Origin: Armatimonadota bacterium
GTDB taxonomy: Bacteria; Armatimonadota; SYMT01
Direction of reading: 5' to 3'
Assembly (NCBI GenBank): GCA_041690135.1
Contig: JAWLHY010000003.1
Span: 160,001-224,000, forward strand
Length of the DNA: 64,000 bases
The notes below the pieces were generated by a model that had not been told where the DNA came from, ran no database searches, and worked only from the letters and a program-made list of their open reading frames with translations. The position numbers and the translations under genes were made by a program. Positions 58,379-64,000 of this stretch are shown in pieces. Position 1 is the stretch's first letter, and each line of letters starts with the position of its first letter.

Positions 58379-59098
58379 ATGAACCGTAAACGAGGGTTTA
58401 CCCTCATTGAACTTCTCGTAGTCATCGCTATCATCGCCATCCTCGCCGCCATCCTGTTCCCCGTTTTTGCCAGGGCGCGTGAAGCCGCTCGCAAGAGTAG
58501 TTGCCAGAGCAACCTCAAGCAACTTGCAAACGGGATGATGATGTACATCCAGGACTACGACGAAACCCTGCCGCGCCACTACAACCCAGGCGGAGGCCTT
58601 GCCCCTCGCTACCCCCGCGATGGGGAGCAGTGGATCAATACCGGCGACTGGTTCGATCCGCATGACCAGATTTTCCCGTACGTCAAGAACCGCGAGGTCT
58701 ACGCGTGCCCGAGTAGCGCGCGCGCTCGCACCGGTACTAACTGGCGTTACGAGCACGATCTTGCCTGGAACACTTCCGCAGTGAATGGCCGGGCACTGGC
58801 CACGCTGGAGAGGCCGGCGGAAACGCTTTTCTCCAGTGACACCGACTGGGAGTATCTTCAGACGAACCTGTGGGCCGAGGCTTGCGGCGGGGCCTATCCC
58901 AACAACCCGTGGGGTGCCGTTCCGGGCGGCCGTTTCAAGAGCCGCCACTCTGGCCAGTTGAACGTGCTCTGGGGTGACGGGCACGTGAAGTCTATGAAGA
59001 TCAGCCAGATCAAATACAGCGAACTCTCACCGGGATACACCGGCACCGGCAACGTGCCGCCGCCAAATAACGTACCCGCCTGCGATTACGCACGGTAG
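58379..59098 (+). CDS. DUF1559 prepilin/H-X9-DG protein
   Basis: AAGGAG RBS; [10 protein letters not shown]; [15 protein letters not shown]. Confidence 0.95.
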   Translation: MNRKRGFTLIELLVVIAIIAILAAILFPVFARAREAARKSSCQSNLKQLANGMMMYIQDYDETLPRHYNPGGGLAPRYPRDGEQWINTGDWFDPHDQIFPYVKNREVYACPSSARARTGTNWRYEHDLAWNTSAVNGRALATLERPAETLFSSDTDWEYLQTNLWAEACGGAYPNNPWGAVPGGRFKSRHSGQLNVLWGDGHVKSMKISQIKYSELSPGYTGTGNVPPPNNVPACDYAR

Positions 59099-59120
59099 TC
59101 CACCACTACCTTTCAAAGGG

Positions 59121-59162
59121 CAAAGCGCCAGGCTCGGACAACCGTCCAAGCCTGGCGCTTTG
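59121..59162. terminator. Bidirectional terminator
   Basis: CAAAGCGCCAGGCT.GGAC-aacc-GTCC.AGCCTGGCGCTTTG. Confidence 0.8.
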
Positions 59163-59216
59163 TTGTTCTTCACCCTTGCAAAGACGGACTCCCATCCTCA
59201 CGCGCGATCCGATTCC

Positions 59217-59882
59217 TCAGGTCATCTTGGTGTCAGCAGTCTTCACCAGAATGACCTCCAGCGTTCGGGGGCCGTGGACGCCCTTGATACGCGTCATCTC
59301 GATGTCGGAAGTGGCGGAGGGGCCGGAAATGGTGGTGAGCGGGGCCGGCGCCAGGGCGGTCATCCGGCGGATCGCCTCGGGGACCGTCTCCACGACCTGC
59401 TCTTCCCGCACCACGCAGAGGTGATAGTCCGGCACCAGGGTGAGCGCGCGGCGACCGTGTTCCGGGGAGTGGCGGACCACCAGCGTTCCGGTCTCCGCGA
59501 TCGCCAGGGCACAGCCGGTCAGCACCCCTTCGCTGGCATCGAGATCCCCGTAAGACATCCCGTCGTCACGGAGGAAGCGGTAGCCGCCGGGCAGCCACGC
59601 GTCTGGAAGCTCCAGGGGGATCAGCAGGCCCTCTTTGCCGCGCTCCGCGAGGATGCGAGCGATCACCTCGGGCAGTTCCGCCTCGACGCACCGGTGGACG
59701 GCGGCGTTGTAGTCGCGGAGGCGCTCCTCGAACCGGTCCAGCCGCTCGGCCGGGCTGAACGCGGGCGCGGCGCGGTAATTCCGCGGCAGGGCCGCGTACT
59801 CCCCGGCCCGTTGGTCGGGTCGGCGGTCCGCTTCCAGGGCACGGCGGACCCTTCCCAGGACCTCCTCGCGGGCCGCGCTCAT
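59217..59882 (-). CDS. lutC: Lactate utilisation protein C (LUD domain)
   Basis: AIAETGT, GRRALTLVPDYH, ISGPSATSDIEMTRIKGVHGP. Confidence 0.92.
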   Translation of the reverse strand: MSAAREEVLGRVRRALEADRRPDQRAGEYAALPRNYRAAPAFSPAERLDRFEERLRDYNAAVHRCVEAELPEVIARILAERGKEGLLIPLELPDAWLPGGYRFLRDDGMSYGDLDASEGVLTGCALAIAETGTLVVRHSPEHGRRALTLVPDYHLCVVREEQVVETVPEAIRRMTALAPAPLTTISGPSATSDIEMTRIKGVHGPRTLEVILVKTADTKMT

Positions 59883-61309
59883 GATTGCTTCTCCCCGTCC
59901 CGGCGCTCCCACCACTGCCGGAACGATTCCGGCGGGACGGCCGCCAGGTCGCGGAAGGCGGTCCAGGCCCCCAGCGGTCCCGGCAGGTTTTGCAGCTTCT
60001 CCCCGCGCTTGAACGGAAGCTGGCCGATCCGCACCAGGGAATGAGCGCCGGAGAGCCGGCCGGCATCCCCCATCGCGAAGGCCGCCCCCTTCATCGCAAG
60101 CTGCTCGGAAAGCGGCGTACCCCCGGCCTCGACGACCTTCGTCCGCAGGTGGATCAGGATCTCCGGGATGTTGATCCGGACGGGGCAGACTTCGTAGCAG
60201 GCGCCGCAAAGGGACGAGGCGTACGGCAGCGACTGCGAATGCTCCATCGCCTGGAGCTGCGGCGTGAGGATGGCGCCGATGGGGCCGCCATAGACGGAGC
60301 CGTAAGCGTGGCCGCCGGTCTGGCGGTAGACGGGGCAGATGTTGAGACACGCGCCGCACCGGATGCACGCCAGCGTCTCCCGCGATTCGGCGTCGGCGAG
60401 GACGTTCGTCCGGCCGTTGTCGAGCAGCACCACGTGGAATTCCCGTGGTCCGTCGCCCGGGGTGACGCCTGTCCAGAGGGAGTTATAGGGGTTCATCCGC
60501 TCGCCGGTCGCGGAGCGGGGCAGGAGCTGCAGGAATACTTCCAGGTCCTGGAAGGTGGGGACGATCTTCTCGATCCCGACGAGACTGATCAGCACTTCCG
60601 GAAGGGAGAGGCACATCCGCCCGTTCCCCTCGGACTCGACCACGCACACGGTCCCGGTCTCCGCCACGGCGAAGTTGGCGCCGCTGATACCGACCTTCAC
60701 CCGCAGGAACTTCTCCCGGAGGTACTGACGCGCGGCGGTGGTGAGGTCCTCCGGCTCGTAGCCGAGGTGGTCCAACCCCATCTTCTTGAGGAAGATCTCG
60801 CGGATCTCCAACCGGTTCCGGTGGAGCGCGGGAACCACGATATGCGAGGGCCGGTCTTCTCCCAGTTGCACGATCAGGTCGGCCAGGTCGGTTTCGTAGG
60901 GCGTGATCCCGGCCGCTTCCAGCGCCACGTTCAGCCGGGTCTCATCCGAAGTCATGGTCTTGACCTTGATGACCTCGTCCTGCCCGTGTTTTTGAATGAG
61001 GCCCACGATGATCCGGTTCGCCTCGTCCGCGTCCCGAGCCCAGTGGACGTGACCGCCGGCCTGGGTGCAGGCCGCCTCGAACTGCTCCAGGTAGTGATCC
61101 AGGTGGCGCAGCGTGTGGCCCTTGATCGCGCTGGCGGAGGCGCGGAGCTCTTCCCAGTCCGGCATCTCGCCGACCACGCGGCCGCGCTTGGTCCGGATCA
61201 CGTCCGTCGCGCGGCGGACGTTGCTGCGGAGTTGGGAGTCCGCCACGAGCTCCTTCGCGGCGGTGGGAAAGCTGGGGGCCTCGGCGGCCTGGCCGACGCG
61301 CACGCTCAT
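59879..61309 (-). CDS. lutB: Lactate utilisation Fe-S protein B
   Basis: ETDLADLIVQL, SHIVVPALH, ESEGNGR, CIRCGACLNICP, SSLCGACYEVCP. Confidence 0.95.
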   Translation of the reverse strand: MSVRVGQAAEAPSFPTAAKELVADSQLRSNVRRATDVIRTKRGRVVGEMPDWEELRASASAIKGHTLRHLDHYLEQFEAACTQAGGHVHWARDADEANRIIVGLIQKHGQDEVIKVKTMTSDETRLNVALEAAGITPYETDLADLIVQLGEDRPSHIVVPALHRNRLEIREIFLKKMGLDHLGYEPEDLTTAARQYLREKFLRVKVGISGANFAVAETGTVCVVESEGNGRMCLSLPEVLISLVGIEKIVPTFQDLEVFLQLLPRSATGERMNPYNSLWTGVTPGDGPREFHVVLLDNGRTNVLADAESRETLACIRCGACLNICPVYRQTGGHAYGSVYGGPIGAILTPQLQAMEHSQSLPYASSLCGACYEVCPVRINIPEILIHLRTKVVEAGGTPLSEQLAMKGAAFAMGDAGRLSGAHSLVRIGQLPFKRGEKLQNLPGPLGAWTAFRDLAAVPPESFRQWWERRDGEKQS

Positions 61310-62088
61310 GACCGCACCTCGGCGGGGTCGGTGGAGGCGAGGATCTCCGCCAGGTGGACCGTGCGCACGCCGGTCCGCTGCCGGCTCAGCGCGCCCCCGA
61401 TGTGCATCAGGCAGGAGTTATCGCCGCCGGTGCAGACTTCCGCGCGGGTAGAGAGGATGCAGTGCGTCTTCTCCGAGAGCATGGCGCCGGAGACGTCCGC
61501 GTTCTTGACCGCGAAAGTGCCGCCGAACCCGCAGCACTGGTCGCTGTTCGGCAGCTCGACCAGGGTGAGGCCGCGGACCTGGCGGAGCAACTGCACCGGC
61601 TTATCTCCCACCCCCAGTGAGCGCAGGGCGTGACAAGAGGTGTGGAGCGTAACCGTGTGGGGATAGAACGCCCCCACGTCGGTGACTCCCAGGCGGTCCA
61701 CCAGCAACTCCGAGAACTCGTACACCCGCGAGACGACCGCTTCCACCTGCCGCGCGAGCTCCGGATCGTCCAGACCGGCGGCCATCTTCGGGTAGTGCTC
61801 CCGGATCATGGAAACGCAGGAAGAGGAAGGGCAGCAGATCACCTCGGCGTCCGCGAACACCTCCACGAAGTGGCGCATCAGGTCCCGCGCTTCCTTCCGG
61901 TAGCCGCTGTTGTAGTGCATCTGCCCGCAGCAGGTCTGGGCCGCACGGAACTCGACCCGGTGCCCCAGCCGCTCGAGGACGGCTACCACGGCCTTCCCCG
62001 TCTCCGGAAACATAACGTCGTTGTAGCAGGTGATAAAGAGCGAAATGAGCACGGCGGCCCCAGTCCCGTCCCGTCCAATTGCCGGCAC
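61306..62088 (-). CDS. lutA: Lactate utilisation protein A (CCG Fe-S)
   Basis: LFITC, QTCCGQ, HTSCH, CCGFGGTF, SCLMHI. Start at GTG 62088 or 62052. Confidence 0.95.
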   Translation of the reverse strand: MPAIGRDGTGAAVLISLFITCYNDVMFPETGKAVVAVLERLGHRVEFRAAQTCCGQMHYNSGYRKEARDLMRHFVEVFADAEVICCPSSSCVSMIREHYPKMAAGLDDPELARQVEAVVSRVYEFSELLVDRLGVTDVGAFYPHTVTLHTSCHALRSLGVGDKPVQLLRQVRGLTLVELPNSDQCCGFGGTFAVKNADVSGAMLSEKTHCILSTRAEVCTGGDNSCLMHIGGALSRQRTGVRTVHLAEILASTDPAEVRS

Positions 62089-62096
62089 ACCCAGCC

Positions 62097-62125
62097 AGTA
62101 TAGGGTCCCCGGGGGAGCGGGTCAA
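62097..62125 (-). promoter_or_regulatory. sigma70-type promoter of lutABC
   Basis: Minus strand TTGACC-17-TATACT. Confidence 0.75.
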
Positions 62126-62143
62126 TTGACGGATTAGGAAGAA

Positions 62144-62192
62144 GATGAGGATGAAGATGAAGATGAAGATCAGGATAAGGATAAGGATAAGG
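62144..62192. repeat. Hexamer tandem repeat GAT(G/C/A)A(A/G)
   Basis: GATGAG GATGAA GATGAA GATGAA GATCAG GATAAG GATAAG GATAAG. Confidence 0.8.
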
Positions 62193-62443
62193 AGGCCGGC
62201 GGCAGGGCCTGTGTCTGTTTGACCGCTGCCGGGAAGAGCTTTCGGCTCAGAGGAACGTGGTCGCTGCCGGCCTCCAAAGGTAGCAGAGGGGCTTGTCCCC
62301 GTTGGTCACGGCACACGCACGAGGTGCACCTCGTCTGCGTTACTGCTCACGGGCCGCCCCCGCTAAGGTTGCGGAAATTGCGAACGAGGTGACCCACCTC
62401 CGAACTGGTCACGGTGCCGCGGGTTGCGCCGCACGAAGGCGTG

Positions 62444-62549
62444 GACACGGATAACACGGATCGAACGGATGGCCACGGAGCCGCACGAGAACACCGTCTG
62501 CCTTTCCGCGGACGAAGAGCCGTAGGGGAACGGTCGCTGCCCCTTCCCC
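62444..62549 (+). repeat. Composite repeat family B copy 2
   Basis: GACACGGATAACACGGATCGAACGGATGGCCACGG ... GTAGGGGAACGGTCGCTGCCCCTTCCCC. Confidence 0.7.
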
Positions 62550-62832
62550 AGAGGTTGGATCCGCAACCGTCGACCCACCGTGAAGCCGGCTCAGAGTCCC
62601 TCCGGCCAACGCTCCGAGTGCATGCCAGTGGATATCACCTTTCGCACGCTCGGCCCCCTGCCCACCAATCTCGGGGAATCCCGTTGCCTTTGCGGCTGTT
62701 TGGTATCAAGCCGGCATACCGGCTCGCCAGCAGGTCATTCGCCATCCAAGTTCTGGTGGTCCGCGCCCGCTCTGCGTTGCAGTGGGTTGGCTCATGGTGA
62801 ACGGCACGGACTCTGTTCCCGCACCTGGAGAT

Positions 62833-62889
62833 GTAGGGCGGAGGCTCCGTCCCCGCCGCGCCTTGATCTAGCACTCGTCCTGCCGTGTG
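62833..62889 (+). repeat. GTAG-type REP-like element, family A copy 3
   Basis: The first 25 nt are identical to 14406-14430. Confidence 0.8.
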
Positions 62890-63037
62890 AGCCACCATTC
62901 ACCCCGGCTTATACGAACCCGCAAGGCAACTGGCCTACTCGCCGACTTCGTCGGGTGCGGTGGAACCCAACCGTTCGATGAATGCCTCGCCGGGCCAGTT
63001 CCTCGACGGGAAATACCCTTCGAACCGGACCACTGCT

Positions 63038-63982
63038 TCAAGCATCCAGTTCCGCAGTAATTGTGCCATCCCCCAGTATTTCGTTAGCGATGCGGATACC
63101 ATCGCGCCACATGCGGGGGTAGTCGCCGTACTCCACGCCCGCTGCTAGCCCGACCGGATACAAGCCCCCACTTTCGATCGCCCGTTTCGCTTGAGAGACA
63201 TCGCCAAAGAACTCCCACATAGGACTCGGGCCGTCCGCGGGGAAAAGCAGCTCACAGCGAAGTTCTCGCGGTCCACCGCTGTTCTCAAACAGAACTCCGT
63301 CGATCCTGCCCGCTTCATCTTGGTGCAGCCTGAGGTAGCGACACCCGAAGTGAACATTCACGTTGGGAAGAGCCGGAACGACCTGACCGATAAGCTGCCT
63401 GGCGGCTGGCGACGTTTTCTCCAGGCTGGACCGGTAGCAGCTCAAGAGTACATTCACCTGACCGGCTTTCCTTGCGGCGTTGGCAGCTTGCTCCAGGGCA
63501 TATGCGCCCGAGCCCAGGATCACGAGATGGCGGGAGTTGATGTCGCGGGGATCCGCGGTGGCCGAGAAGATCACCCCTCCGCCCCAGCTATACTCCGACA
63601 GTTCCGCACGTGATGGGAGCCCGATGGGAACGGTCGGGTAACCGTGTGGCGCAAACACCGCCCCGGACACGATAAACTCCCTCCCCTGGAAACTGCGAAG
63701 GGTCAAGCTTTTGTCCACATGGATCTCAAGCTGCTCCGCATCGAGAAGCTCCTCGTCGATTCTCACTCTCCCCGTTCGAACCAACGCCGCGAATGATACG
63801 TCCCTGAACGCCGCGCCTGGCATGGGAGAGTCGGTGAGAGGAGTCGGTGCTACGCTATGAGCGTCCCGGAGTGAACCGGTTACGCCGGCCGTGGTCAAGA
63901 GGACGACGGAGAGCCCGGCGGCTGCCAGGGCATGCGCAGCCGCTACGCCGCTCACGCTCTCTCCAATCACCAGATACTCCAT
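63038..63982 (-). CDS. Divergent FAD/NAD(P)-dependent oxidoreductase, thioredoxin-reductase-like fold
   Basis: YLVIGESVSG..AA, GVIFSATAD, LVILGSGAYALEQA; GGAGG RBS. Confidence 0.6.
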   Translation of the reverse strand: MEYLVIGESVSGVAAAHALAAAGLSVVLLTTAGVTGSLRDAHSVAPTPLTDSPMPGAAFRDVSFAALVRTGRVRIDEELLDAEQLEIHVDKSLTLRSFQGREFIVSGAVFAPHGYPTVPIGLPSRAELSEYSWGGGVIFSATADPRDINSRHLVILGSGAYALEQAANAARKAGQVNVLLSCYRSSLEKTSPAARQLIGQVVPALPNVNVHFGCRYLRLHQDEAGRIDGVLFENSGGPRELRCELLFPADGPSPMWEFFGDVSQAKRAIESGGLYPVGLAAGVEYGDYPRMWRDGIRIANEILGDGTITAELDA

Positions 63983-64000
63983 CGCTGTCGCGCCTCCGGT

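Noticed and set aside
62935-63040. Short minus-strand reading frame after the oxidoreductase
   Set aside because: About 35 codons with no clear start or family; at most a fragment.

Overview
High-GC bacterial chromosomal window. Three DUF1559 prepilin/H-X9-DG genes, Tat-exported glycan enzymes and a CRTAC1/TPR cassette suggest Armatimonadota or a similar PVC-like lineage (inference). Left to right: a partial beta-propeller surface protein; a globin, an alginate-export-type porin and a small nitrate-cluster accessory gene; PAS/GAF signalling genes; marR-doxX with twin operators; peptidases and sugar enzymes; four paralogous leucine-rich-repeat-variant (LRV/HEAT-like) genes leading into a MoxR-type AAA+ ATPase and a DUF2201 HExxH-vWA protein, with the array split by an inverted prepilin-TPR-CRTAC1 cassette; a deleted ATPase/DUF4276-like remnant; a RES toxin whose antitoxin carries a receiver-like domain; aroF; a formate dehydrogenase operon (fdhD-fdsGBAD); a phosphatase-fold/cytochrome c fusion; lutABC; and a degenerate thioredoxin-reductase-like ORF. 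Intergenic DNA is rich in GTAG-type REP hairpins and 6-15 bp tandem repeats. I saw no rRNA, tRNA, CRISPR array or intact transposase. The best candidate for an undescribed system is the LRV array plus AAA+ plus vWA-metallopeptidase locus (26.7-40.1 kb). All calls come from reading motifs by eye; no database searches were run, and several start codons are my own choice.
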